A DNA stretch of 21,565 bases. Origin: an uncultured Acidobacteriota bacterium. Lineage in GTDB: Bacteria; Acidobacteriota; Polarisedimenticolia; J045. The translations under genes were made by a program, and so were the position numbers. This document shows positions 7,070 through 16,215 of the stretch, in pieces. Where the stretch lies: contig CAVPCQ010000002.1 in assembly GCA_963702425.1 (NCBI GenBank), positions 1-21,565 on the forward strand, in the 5' to 3' direction. How positions within the stretch are numbered: the first letter of the stretch is position 1; every line of letters begins with the position of its first letter. The notes under the pieces are model-generated. The model did no database searches and had not been told where the DNA came from. It worked only from the letters and a program-made list of their open reading frames with translations.

Positions 7070-9340
7070 TCAGGGCGAGGACGAGAGACCGAGACTCGTG
7101 AGGCGCTTGCGCGCCGCGTCGGATCCCTGTGCGGCTGCCCTCCGCCACGCGTCCGCGGCGCGCTCGCGCTGTCCGGCGGCCTCGCACAGCTCACCCAGGC
7201 GGAGCAGGAGCGTGGCATCGTAGGGGCGCCGCCGGGCGGCCTGCTCCTGCGCCTCCTGCGCGTCGCGATCGCGACCGAGCGTCTCGTAGGCGTCGGCCAA
7301 AGCCGCGTACGCGCGGGGGGAAAGCGGGCTCAGGCGTGCGGCGAGTTGGAGAATCGGTATGGCACGCGCGGTTTCGCCGCGCTGCAGATAGGCGAGAGCG
7401 AGTGCCAGCTGGGCGGGCGCCAGACGCGGATCGATCCGAGTCGCGCGCTCGAGCAGCGCGACGCCCTCGTCCTCGTGTCCCATCTGCATCAGCGTGAAGC
7501 CGGCGAAGAGCGCAGCGGGCGCGTCGTTCGGGCAGGACACCAGGGCCTTGTCGCGCAGTACGGCGAGCCCCTCCGCGCGGTTGCCGGTCGCGAGGAGGTT
7601 CTTGCCGTAGTAGTAGGAGAAACCAGGCTCGCCGGGTCGGGCCGCGAACGCCTCGGCCCAGAGGTCGCCCTCGGTGGTCGTCGGGAAATCGGACGGCGGC
7701 CGATCGAGTCGCAGGTTGAAGCGGACGATCTGGGCGAGGCGCGCGCCGGAGAAGAGCGGTCCCTTCGTCACGAGGTCGAGCCGGCGGGCGAACTCACCGA
7801 GTCGCGGATCGACCCAAGCCCCGTCGCGGCCCAGCAGGTGCGAGACGTAACCGGTGGGGACGATCCTCCTGAAGTGCCCCACGCGGAGCTTCGTGGCCGG
7901 CTCCTTCCCGGTCATGTCCCGGCACCACTCCTTCCACAGGTCATCGGACACGACGGCCGGCAGGCGGGCCAGCAGCGGATCGCCCAGACCGTGGAAATCA
8001 ACGACGTGTACCCCGGGCCCCGCGAAGAAGCCGAAGTACCCGACGGCTCCCTTGATCGCCAGCGGATGCCCGCAGCGGCGCGCCGCGAGCGCCTCGTGGA
8101 CCGGGTTGTCGAGCGGCTTCGGTCCCGGCAGACCATTGAGCCAGCCCGAGACGGGGAAGTAGAACGCCCGCTCGTCGGCGACGCCCCGAACGTCGACGAT
8201 GCTCTCCCGATCCAGGCCGTACTCCGCGCCGGAGAGGAGAGTCGGGGGCGAGGAGAGCAGGCCCACCGCCACGGCACCGGCCGCCGCGACGAGGCCCCAC
8301 GCCGGGCGCAGGGGAAGCGGGAAGCTGCTCAGCGCGAGCACCGCGACCAGGAGCGGGGCCGCGAGGAACCGCCCGCTCATGAAGTCGCCTCCGATGATCA
8401 CGACGTAGCCCAGGTAGAGAACGGCACCGCATGCGAGCGAGCGTGCCGGTGCGGTGCCACGCCAGAACACGATGGCCACGAAGAGCAGCGTGGCAGAGAG
8501 CGTCAACGGGTCATGGCGCAGCGATTCACCGAGGTAGTGCCATCCCTGCGCGACCCGCTCGGATGCCGGCACCCCGGTCGCGAGCTTCGCATAGGCCGTG
8601 TTCGGGACCGCGAACCCGTAGTAGAGCAGCGAGAACGCCGTCCAGACGACAAATGGAACGAAGCCGAGCGCGAGCGCTGCCCACTCGCGCCGCGTCCGCC
8701 GGCTCCACGCCATCCATGCCAGTGCGGGCACGACGAGCAGCACCGCGTCGTGCCGGCACAGGGCCACGAGCCCACCAAGTCCCGCCAGCAGCGTCAACGA
8801 CCGGAGTGGCTGACCGAGCCCTCGCAAGCGCCATGCGAAAGCCGCAAGCACGAGGTGCATCAGAGCATTCTCGAGGCCCGAGGTCGAGTAGTCGACGAAG
8901 GCGCGCGACGAGACGAGGATCGCAAGGACGGCCACACCCGTCGCCGGAGACGCCGCGACGCAGAAGCCGGCGATCCAGGCCGCAGCCAGGGACGCTGCGA
9001 TGCACAGGACGAGCGAGACGGAGTAGATGTCGCCGGTCAGGAGGTACCCCGGAATGAGAGCGAACGTCCAGAGCGGAGAGGTGAACGCCTGGACCCGCTC
9101 GTCCACATTCCAGCGCAGGCCATAGCCGTGGGCGGCGTTGTCGACGACACGGAAGGTGATGTAGGCGTCGTCGCACAACCATGCCGTGCGAACCAGGACG
9201 ATCAGGAACATCGCGAGGGAAAGCCATCGCAGGAAGCGGGCCGCCGTGTCGAGCGACTCCGGTGCGAGCAAGCGGGAGTTCCGGGGCCCCGGAGTCGAGA
9301 CGGAGCGCGAGAGGGCGCGCCGGACGCTTTGCTTCGCCAT
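7070..9340 (-). CDS. GT-C membrane glycosyltransferase resembling arabinofuranosyltransferase AftB, with C-terminal TPR repeats
   Basis: WLCDDAYITFRVVDN...NVDERVQAFTSPLW, DYSTSGLEN, PNTAYAK, GGDFMSGRFLAAP, GVADERAFY and RVGH match AftB-family motifs. Multiple TM helices, then TPR-like repeats (ERATRIDPRLAPAQLALALAY...). Start placed at ATG 9340 because a TATGAT -10 box lies 9 nt upstream; the track starts at 9364. Confidence 0.8.
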   Translation of the reverse strand: MAKQSVRRALSRSVSTPGPRNSRLLAPESLDTAARFLRWLSLAMFLIVLVRTAWLCDDAYITFRVVDNAAHGYGLRWNVDERVQAFTSPLWTFALIPGYLLTGDIYSVSLVLCIAASLAAAWIAGFCVAASPATGVAVLAILVSSRAFVDYSTSGLENALMHLVLAAFAWRLRGLGQPLRSLTLLAGLGGLVALCRHDAVLLVVPALAWMAWSRRTRREWAALALGFVPFVVWTAFSLLYYGFAVPNTAYAKLATGVPASERVAQGWHYLGESLRHDPLTLSATLLFVAIVFWRGTAPARSLACGAVLYLGYVVIIGGDFMSGRFLAAPLLVAVLALSSFPLPLRPAWGLVAAAGAVAVGLLSSPPTLLSGAEYGLDRESIVDVRGVADERAFYFPVSGWLNGLPGPKPLDNPVHEALAARRCGHPLAIKGAVGYFGFFAGPGVHVVDFHGLGDPLLARLPAVVSDDLWKEWCRDMTGKEPATKLRVGHFRRIVPTGYVSHLLGRDGAWVDPRLGEFARRLDLVTKGPLFSGARLAQIVRFNLRLDRPPSDFPTTTEGDLWAEAFAARPGEPGFSYYYGKNLLATGNRAEGLAVLRDKALVSCPNDAPAALFAGFTLMQMGHEDEGVALLERATRIDPRLAPAQLALALAYLQRGETARAIPILQLAARLSPLSPRAYAALADAYETLGRDRDAQEAQEQAARRRPYDATLLLRLGELCEAAGQRERAADAWRRAAAQGSDAARKRLTSLGLSSSP

Positions 9341-9552
9341 CGGGACGGCATCATACACGAGCACCCGGCGGCGACACCTGCCGAGCCGCTCCGAGGCGTC
9401 GTTCCGCAGCCACGGCCACGCTGGGCTATGCTATCCGCGCCGGTCCGCGTCGGCGCATGGCGCCGGCCCTTCGCGCGAGCGAGCGGGCGTGACGACGACG
9501 GTCGCCGGGGGGCCGCTTGGGGCGCAAGGGCAGTCCAGGAGGGGAGCGTCGC

Positions 9553-11307
9553 GTGACGCGCCGGGGGGAGTCCGACCGGCCCGCGGCCGCGAGGTCGCGC
9601 GTGCCGCCCGAGGTGCGGCGCTGGGCGTTGCTGGTGCTCGCGCTCGCGCTGGCGGCAACCGTCACGACGCTGCGCAACGGCTTCACGCTGGACACGCAAT
9701 TCGATCTGACCGCCAATGCGTACGTCACCAAACCGGGCGGGCTCGGTGCGCTCCTGACCTCCGACGCGTGGGAAGGAGCCGGCGTTCGCTCGGGTTTCTG
9801 GCGCCCGGTCGTCGGCCTCGCCAACTGGACCCTCTGGCGGATCGGGGGCGGACAGTCGGCCGTCTTCTTCGTCGCCAACATCCTGCTGCACGCGGCAATC
9901 TCCCTGCTCGTGCTCGGACTTGCGCTGCGCCTCGGGGCGACGACGACCGTGGCGGGCGCGGCCGCGGCCCTGTTCGCCGTGCATCCGGTTCACGCCGACG
10001 TCCTCGCCGGAAGCGTCGGGCTCAAGGACCTGCTGGCGGCGGTGTTCTTCCTTGCGGCGCTCTGGCTGTTCCTCGCGGCGCGGGCGCGACCGGCGGAGCC
10101 CGTGCGCCCGCTCGCGTGGGGGGCCGCATGCTTCGCGGCGGGCCTGCTCTCCAAGGAGAGCGTGCTGGCCTTGTTGCCCGCGCTCACGCTGCTGGATCTC
10201 GGCCGGGGAACGTGGCGCCAGGCGCGCGATCCCGCGCGACGGGTGGCGGTCTTCGGGCCCTACCTCGCGATGACCGCGATCGCAGTCGCCCGCTTCGTCG
10301 CGTCGCGCGCCGCCCTGGCGTCCGCGCGCGGCGTCGAGGGATTCGACCCCGCCGCCAACCCGCTGGTGCTGCTTCCGCCGGCAGCAAGGCCGCTGCACGC
10401 GCTCGGCCTGATCCCCGTCAATCTCGGGCTCCTGCTCTGGCCGGCGCGGCTCGCCCCGGACCGCAGCTTCAACGCGATCCCCGTCCGCGAGGGGTTGGAC
10501 CAGCCGGCAATTCTCGTCGGGGCGCTGCTCGCGGCGGCCTTTGTCGCCCTCGCCTATCTGGCGTGGAGCCGCGGCTTCGGCGTCCCATTCGCCGGCTTGG
10601 CGATCGCCGCCGCGGCCTACCTGCCGGTGTCGAACCTCGCGATTGCGATCCCGGGACAATTCGTCGCCGAGCGCTATCTGTACCTGCCGTCGGTCGGCTT
10701 CTGCATCGCCGCAGCTTGGATGCTGGCGCACCCGGCGGCGCCGCGACGCCTGGGAATCGCGCTCCTGGTGCTCGCCCTTGCGGCCGGACTGGCGCGGAGC
10801 AACGCGCGCAACGCGGAGTGGCGCGACAAGCTGACGCTGTGGACCGCGGCGCACCGCGTGGTCCCCGACAGCGTCGCCACCGCCCTGGCCGCGGCGGAGC
10901 AGCTGCGGCGCGCCGGCGACCTCGAGCGTGCGCGGGCCGTGATTGAGCGAGGACTGGCGGTCCACGCTCCGTCGCCGCTCACGCAGTCGATCGAAGATCG
11001 CTTCCGGCCCTCCCTTCTCCTGCTGAAGGGTCAGATCCTGCGCGACGGAGGCGACCTGGCCGGCGCCGAGCAAGCGATCCGGGCGGCGATGGCGGGACGC
11101 CCCGACCGGAACGACTGGCGCTCGGAGCTGGCCAACGTGCTGGCGATGGACGGGCGCCTCGAGGACGCGCTGCACGAGATCGAGGCCGCGCTGGACCGGG
11201 CCTCCGACGACGATGAGCGGCGCGTGCTCGAGCGGCGACGCGAAAAACTCCGACAATCGCTGATGGCGCCTCGATCCGATCCCCGGTCTTCCGGAAGCCG
11301 CCCTTAG
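9553..11307 (+). CDS. TMTC-like (DUF1736) GT-C protein O-mannosyltransferase homologue with C-terminal TPRs
   Basis: [67 protein letters not shown], then TPR helices. Start placed at GTG 9553 behind the RBS GGAGGGGAG; the track starts at 9517. A candidate -10 TATGCT lies at 9427-9432. Confidence 0.82.
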   Translation: MTRRGESDRPAAARSRVPPEVRRWALLVLALALAATVTTLRNGFTLDTQFDLTANAYVTKPGGLGALLTSDAWEGAGVRSGFWRPVVGLANWTLWRIGGGQSAVFFVANILLHAAISLLVLGLALRLGATTTVAGAAAALFAVHPVHADVLAGSVGLKDLLAAVFFLAALWLFLAARARPAEPVRPLAWGAACFAAGLLSKESVLALLPALTLLDLGRGTWRQARDPARRVAVFGPYLAMTAIAVARFVASRAALASARGVEGFDPAANPLVLLPPAARPLHALGLIPVNLGLLLWPARLAPDRSFNAIPVREGLDQPAILVGALLAAAFVALAYLAWSRGFGVPFAGLAIAAAAYLPVSNLAIAIPGQFVAERYLYLPSVGFCIAAAWMLAHPAAPRRLGIALLVLALAAGLARSNARNAEWRDKLTLWTAAHRVVPDSVATALAAAEQLRRAGDLERARAVIERGLAVHAPSPLTQSIEDRFRPSLLLLKGQILRDGGDLAGAEQAIRAAMAGRPDRNDWRSELANVLAMDGRLEDALHEIEAALDRASDDDERRVLERRREKLRQSLMAPRSDPRSSGSRP

Positions 11308-12908
11308 CCCCGGAGCAGGACCGTGTCGTGCCGCTCGTGGGCGTCGTCCGGGGCCGGGTGGTCGAGCGTGTAGTGCAGGCCGCGCGACTCCCGGCGGCGC
11401 GACGCGCTCTCGATGATCAGCGCGGCGACCAGCGCGAGGTTACGCAATTCGATCAGGTCGGGCGTGACCTTGTAGTCCCAGTAGTACTCGTTGATCTCGC
11501 GTTGCAGGTTTTCGATCCGGGCCGAGGCGCGCTCCAGCCGCTTGTCGCTGCGGACGATGCCGACGTAGTCCCACATCAGGCGGCGGATCTCATCCCAGTT
11601 GTGGTTGACGACGACCAGCTCGTCGGGATCGGCCGCGTCGCCGCTCTCCCACGCCGGGAGCGGCGGGACGACCCGGCCGAGAGCCTCGAGCCGCCCCGGT
11701 GCGAGCAGCGCCGCGCGATGCGCGACGACGACCGCCTCCAGCAGCGAGTTGCTGGCCAGCCGGTTCGCGCCGTGGATCCCGGTCTGGGCGACCTCACCCG
11801 CGGCGAGCAGGCCGGGAATCGAGGTCTCGCCGTCGACCGTGGCGACGACACCGCCGCACTGGTAGTGGGCGGCCGGCACGACCGGCAGCGGCTCCTTCGT
11901 CATGTCGAAGCCGAACTTCAGGCACTCCTCGTAGATGTTCGGGAAGCGCGAACGGATGAACGCGGCGTCGCGCTGAGTGATGTCCAGCAGGACGTGCTCG
12001 ACGCCCTGCTTCTTCATCTCGGCGTCGATCGCCCGGGCGACGATGTCCCGCGGGGCGAGGTCGGCCAGCTCGTGGTAACGCGCCATGAACGCGTTGCCGC
12101 GCAGGTCGCGCAGAACGGCTCCCTCGCCGCGTACCGCCTCGCTGATCAGGAACGACTTGGCCCTGGGGTGGAACAGGCAGGTGGGGTGGAACTGGATGAA
12201 CTCGAGGTTGGCGACCGGGGTCCCGGCCCGGTAGGCCATCGCCACGCCGTCGCCGCTCGCGATGTCGGGGTTGCTGGTGTAGAGGTAGACCTTGCCCGAT
12301 CCGCCGGTGGCGAGCAGCGTCAGCGGCGCGGCGAACAGGCCGACGGCGAGCGATCTCTCCTCCAGCGCATAGCAGCCGAGGCAGCGGTTCGGGCCGGGCA
12401 GGCCGCGCTTGGCCGAGGTGATCAGGTCGATCGCGATCACGTCCTCGTGGATCGTGATGTTGGGCTCGGCGGCGGCCGCGGCCAGCAGCGCGCGCTCGAT
12501 CTCGCGGCCCGTGATGTCACCGGCATGCAGCACGCGACGCTTGGAGTGCCCCCCCTCGCGCCCCAGGTCGAACTTTCCGGCCGCCCCCTCCTCGCGCGTG
12601 AACTTCACCCCCCAGTCGATCAACCGACGGACGACGGGAGGGCCCTCGGCGACGATCGTGCGGACGACCTCTTCGTTGCACAGCCCGGCCCCCGCGCGGA
12701 GCGTGTCCTGGACGTGCAGTTCGAGCGAGTCGTCGTCCCCCATGACGGCGGCGATCCCGCCCTGGGCGTAGTTGGTGCTGCTCTCCGCGCGGTGCTTCTT
12801 GGTGATGATCGCGACCCGGCCGTGCGGGGCGACCTCGAGCGCGAAGATCAGGCCGGCGATCCCGCTGCCGATCACCAGGAAGTCGACGTCGTGCCGTGCG
12901 GTGTCCAT
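11304..12908 (-). CDS. nadB: L-aspartate oxidase
   Basis: FAD-binding [102 protein letters not shown]. Its stop overlaps the convergent gene's stop at 11304-11307. Confidence 0.97.
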   Translation of the reverse strand: MDTARHDVDFLVIGSGIAGLIFALEVAPHGRVAIITKKHRAESSTNYAQGGIAAVMGDDDSLELHVQDTLRAGAGLCNEEVVRTIVAEGPPVVRRLIDWGVKFTREEGAAGKFDLGREGGHSKRRVLHAGDITGREIERALLAAAAAEPNITIHEDVIAIDLITSAKRGLPGPNRCLGCYALEERSLAVGLFAAPLTLLATGGSGKVYLYTSNPDIASGDGVAMAYRAGTPVANLEFIQFHPTCLFHPRAKSFLISEAVRGEGAVLRDLRGNAFMARYHELADLAPRDIVARAIDAEMKKQGVEHVLLDITQRDAAFIRSRFPNIYEECLKFGFDMTKEPLPVVPAAHYQCGGVVATVDGETSIPGLLAAGEVAQTGIHGANRLASNSLLEAVVVAHRAALLAPGRLEALGRVVPPLPAWESGDAADPDELVVVNHNWDEIRRLMWDYVGIVRSDKRLERASARIENLQREINEYYWDYKVTPDLIELRNLALVAALIIESASRRRESRGLHYTLDHPAPDDAHERHDTVLLRG

Positions 12909-12975
12909 GGCGCGCGATTATGAGGCAGGTTGGCTGCGCCGTCCGCGGGGCGGTTTTCGGCGCGCCCGCGCCCCC

Positions 12976-13005
12976 TTGACAGCCCGCCCTCGCCCGCCGG
13001 AACCT
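12976..13005 (+). promoter_or_regulatory. Possible promoter for the acyltransferase-PAP2 pair
   Basis: Perfect TTGACA (12976-12981), 18-nt spacer, weak -10 GAACCT (13000-13005), 8 nt before GTG 13014. Confidence 0.35.
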
Positions 13006-13013
13006 CCTGCCCG

Positions 13014-13901
13014 GTGCCCCTCTTCCGGCGACACGACGGCGACCTCGTCCGCGGCGAACCGCCGATGCGCCGCATCATGCCCTACGTGATGCGCACCCGG
13101 AACGAGAGCGTGGTCTTCCACGACTCGGTCTACCGGATGCCCGCGGCGCTGGACTGGATGAAGGCCTACAACCGCGCCCACGCCGAGCGGGCGACTCTCT
13201 TCACCCTCTTCGCCTACGCCTGCGGTCAGGCGCTTCACGCGCGTCCCGAGCTGAACCGCTTCGTCTCGGGCGGCCGGCTCTACCAGCGGCGCGGCGTGCA
13301 GATCGCGTTCCTGGTCAAGCGCGAGCTGAGCGACCAGGGGGTCGGCACGACGGTCAAGGTGGAGATCGTGCGCGAGGAGGCGTTCCCGGCATTCGTCGCA
13401 CGGATCACCCGGATCATCGAGGAAGCGCGTGGCCCGGACCGCGCGGTCGACAAGGAGACCGCGCTGGTCATGAAGCTCCCCGGCCCGATGGTGCGGGGGC
13501 TCGTCGCGGTCGCTCGCCTGCTCGATGCCTGGAACCTCTACCCGCGCTTCATGACCGCGAACGACCCGATGTACGCCAGCCTCTTCCTGGCCAATCTCGG
13601 CTCCGCCGGGATCAGCGACGCCTACCACCACCTCTACGAGTACGGAACCGTCTCGATCTTCGGGACGATGTCGGCGCTGCGCCGGACGCCGTTCGTCGAG
13701 GGGGACCGGGTCGTGGTGAGCGAGGGGCTGGCGATCCGCTGGACCTTCGACGAGCGAATCCACGACGCCTTCTACGCCGCCCGCTCGCTGGGGATCGTGA
13801 AGCGGGCCCTCGAACACCCGACCCGCTACCTCGGCGCGCCGGAGGGGGAGCCGGTCTTTGCGCCGGGGGTGCGCCCCGAGGCGACAGACCCGCCGCCATG
13901 A
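13014..13901 (+). CDS. Stand-alone 2-oxoacid dehydrogenase E2-type (CAT-like) acyltransferase catalytic domain protein
   Basis: RPELNRFV, ASLFLANLGSAGI and IRWTFDERIHDAF correspond to the E2 motifs P.lN, tisNlG and tfDHRiiDG. No lipoyl domain. Start probably GTG 13014 (MPLFRRHDGDLV); the track's 12930 extension is low-complexity and spans the promoter. Confidence 0.78.
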   Translation: MPLFRRHDGDLVRGEPPMRRIMPYVMRTRNESVVFHDSVYRMPAALDWMKAYNRAHAERATLFTLFAYACGQALHARPELNRFVSGGRLYQRRGVQIAFLVKRELSDQGVGTTVKVEIVREEAFPAFVARITRIIEEARGPDRAVDKETALVMKLPGPMVRGLVAVARLLDAWNLYPRFMTANDPMYASLFLANLGSAGISDAYHHLYEYGTVSIFGTMSALRRTPFVEGDRVVVSEGLAIRWTFDERIHDAFYAARSLGIVKRALEHPTRYLGAPEGEPVFAPGVRPEATDPPP

Positions 13902-14731
13902 GGCCCTCCGAACGGCTGACCCTGGTCGCGGTGCTCGTGCTCTCAGCCGTCACTGCGGCGGTGCGGCCGGAGGGGAGCGGGCTGCGCCTCGCGGCCTTCC
14001 TCGGGATCGCAGCGACGACCGTGCTGCTCGCGCGCGTGCCGTCCGGCGGGGGCGCCGGCTTCCTGCGCGACTGGCTGCCCGTCGGCGCGGTGCTCGCCGT
14101 CTTTCTGCTGCTGCAGCCGATCATCGAGGCCGCGGTGCCGTGGCGGCTGGACGCCGCGCTGGCCGCGCTGGACGCGCGCTGGCTCTCCCGGCTCGTCGAC
14201 GCCTGGCGCGGCGCCTTCGGCCGCCCGGCCGCCTTCAGCGACGCGATCTACCTGGCCTACGCTTCCTACTACCTGCTGCCGATCATCGTGGCCGCCGTGG
14301 CGTGGCGGCGGGACCCGTCGACTTTCGAACGGACCGCCTTCGCGCTGCTGCTCGGCTTCTACCTGACGTTCCTCGGCTACCTGGTGCTGCCGGCGTCGGG
14401 GCCGCGCCCGCCTGTCGCGGAAGAAGCCCGCCTGCTCGGTGGCGGCGCACTCAGCGACAGCGTGCGGGCCTTCCTGCACGCTGCGGAGTCGACGACGCTC
14501 GACGCCTTCCCGAGCGGCCACACCGCGATCGCCGTCCTCTCGGGGGTGCTCGGCTCGCGCCTGCTCGGGCGCGCTGCGTCCGTCGCGCTCTGGTCCTGGG
14601 CGGCGATGATCGTGTTCGCGACGGTCTACATCCACGTCCACTACGCGGTCGACGTGCTGGCGGGGCTGGCGCTGGCGGCGTTCGTGCTCGCCGTGACGCC
14701 GCGGCCGGCGCGGATTCTCCGGGGGGAGTGA
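13898..14731 (+). CDS. PAP2-superfamily membrane protein, Aur1/IPC-synthase-like (PAP2_3)
   Basis: Multiple TM helices; FLRDWLP, YASYY, YLVLPASGPR, DAFPSGHTA, ATVYIHVHYAVDVLAG. ATGA overlap with the upstream stop suggests translational coupling. Confidence 0.87.
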   Translation: MRPSERLTLVAVLVLSAVTAAVRPEGSGLRLAAFLGIAATTVLLARVPSGGGAGFLRDWLPVGAVLAVFLLLQPIIEAAVPWRLDAALAALDARWLSRLVDAWRGAFGRPAAFSDAIYLAYASYYLLPIIVAAVAWRRDPSTFERTAFALLLGFYLTFLGYLVLPASGPRPPVAEEARLLGGGALSDSVRAFLHAAESTTLDAFPSGHTAIAVLSGVLGSRLLGRAASVALWSWAAMIVFATVYIHVHYAVDVLAGLALAAFVLAVTPRPARILRGE

Positions 14732-14765
14732 CGGCGCCCCCCGGCGCAGAGATAAGATGCCGGCC

Positions 14766-15497
14766 ATGAAGACGCTGATGCGGGTGCCCCTCGTCGCGTG
14801 TCTCGTCCTGGCCGGTGCGCCGATCGTTCTCGCCGATGCGGCCGGCCCCCACTACTTCACCTTCTACGCCCAGCAGGCCTGGCCGAAGCAGACCAACACC
14901 AACAACCAGATCCAGGAGATCAACCGGACCTTCGGGACCGACTTCGACGACTGGAGCGACGTCGCGAATCTGAGCGTCGGGGCGCATCTCTTCTGGCGCG
15001 TCTCGCCGCACTGGAAGCTCGGGATGCAGGTCGACTACAGCCGAGGGTCGATCGGCGGGAGCGAGAAAGTCCAGACCGAGGCCGGCAAGGCCACGCTCAG
15101 CTTCGAGCAGGAGTACAGCGTCTACGCCGACCTCTACGCGGTGGCGCACTGTCTCCCGTGGCCGGAGTGGAAGGCGATCCGGCCGTTCGTCTACGGCGGC
15201 ATCGGCTTCGGCTACGAGAGCGACACGACGACGCTCGACCTGAAGAACCAGTTCGTCGATGCCGGGCTGCGGGTCGAGAACGACGGCTGGTTCCCGACCT
15301 ACACCGCCGGGATCGGGATGGACGTGCCGTTCTCATCCAAGACGGCGTGGTACTTCGAGGTCGGCGTGGCGTACGTCTGGTCGCGGATGACGAACGAGGT
15401 GCCGGCGACCGGTGCGCTGGCCCCGGCGCCGGAGGTGACGGCCGACACCGACTTCACGGGGCCCAACTACTGGCTGGGGGTTGGGCTCACGTTCTGA
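14766..15497 (+). CDS. Small outer-membrane beta-barrel protein (OmpW/OmpA-like barrel)
   Basis: Signal peptide MKTLMRVPLVACLVLAGAPIVLA, amphipathic strands, RPFVYGGIGFGY, C-terminal YWLGVGLTF. Start placed at ATG 14766, 7 nt after TAAGAT; the track starts at 14757. Confidence 0.82.
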   Translation: MKTLMRVPLVACLVLAGAPIVLADAAGPHYFTFYAQQAWPKQTNTNNQIQEINRTFGTDFDDWSDVANLSVGAHLFWRVSPHWKLGMQVDYSRGSIGGSEKVQTEAGKATLSFEQEYSVYADLYAVAHCLPWPEWKAIRPFVYGGIGFGYESDTTTLDLKNQFVDAGLRVENDGWFPTYTAGIGMDVPFSSKTAWYFEVGVAYVWSRMTNEVPATGALAPAPEVTADTDFTGPNYWLGVGLTF

Positions 15498-15540
15498 GAG
15501 CTGTCCACGAAGTGGCCCGTCCGGCCGAAATCGACTGCGC

Positions 15541-16173
15541 TCACGCGTAGCCGAGCACGGCGAAGAAGTGGCAGACGGTCCCGCCGAGTACGAACAGGTG
15601 CCAGACGAGGTGGCTGTAGCGCAGCTGTTTCCAGGCGTAGAAGACGATCCCCAGCGTGTAGCACAGGCCGCCGGCGACGAGCAGCGCGATCCCGGCCGGG
15701 GCGACCGAGTCCATCAGCGGGCGGCACGCGAACACCGCCATCCAGCCCATCAGCAGGTAGAAGGCCGTCGAGGCGATCGGGTAGCGCGGCCCGTAGACCG
15801 TCTTGAAGGCGACGCCCAGGAGCGCGAGCCCCCAGATCGCGCCGAGCAGCGACCAGCCCCAGGGCCCGCGCAGCGCGCCGAGCGCGAACGGCGTGTAGGA
15901 GCCGGCGATCAGCAGGTAGATCGCGGCGTGGTCGAGCCGCTCGAAGACCTGCTTGGCGCGCGTGCCCGGCAGCGCGTGGTAGATCGAGGAGCAGCTGTAG
16001 AGGAGCAGCGCCGCCGTGCCGAAGATCGCGCCGCCGACGATCTGCCAGGGGTCGTGCCGCAGCGCGGCCGAGACGACGAGGATCGGGATCGCCGCGAGGC
16101 TCAGGAGCGCGCCCGCGCCGTGGCAGGCGCTGTTGGCGATCTCCTCGCCCAGGGACTGACGCCTCGAGGCCAT
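15541..16173 (-). CDS. trhA: Hemolysin III family / PAQR membrane homeostasis protein
   Basis: EEIANSACHG, SSIYH, RLDHAAIYLLIAGSYTPF, YLLMGW, GGLCYTLG, HLVWHLFVLGG...HF; about 7 TM helices. Confidence 0.93.
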   Translation of the reverse strand: MASRRQSLGEEIANSACHGAGALLSLAAIPILVVSAALRHDPWQIVGGAIFGTAALLLYSCSSIYHALPGTRAKQVFERLDHAAIYLLIAGSYTPFALGALRGPWGWSLLGAIWGLALLGVAFKTVYGPRYPIASTAFYLLMGWMAVFACRPLMDSVAPAGIALLVAGGLCYTLGIVFYAWKQLRYSHLVWHLFVLGGTVCHFFAVLGYA

Positions 16174-16215
16174 CGTGAGGGGAGGATACGCCCCGAGCGG
16201 GAAAAGGGCTGCCGG

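Noticed and set aside
397-12923. Many long overlapping or antisense ORFs (e.g. 397-2028, 1085-2731, 5456-6952, 7346-9556, 9202-11256, 11328-12923)
   Set aside because: Expected artefacts of high GC3 codon bias; no recognisable motifs, and each overlaps a well-supported gene.
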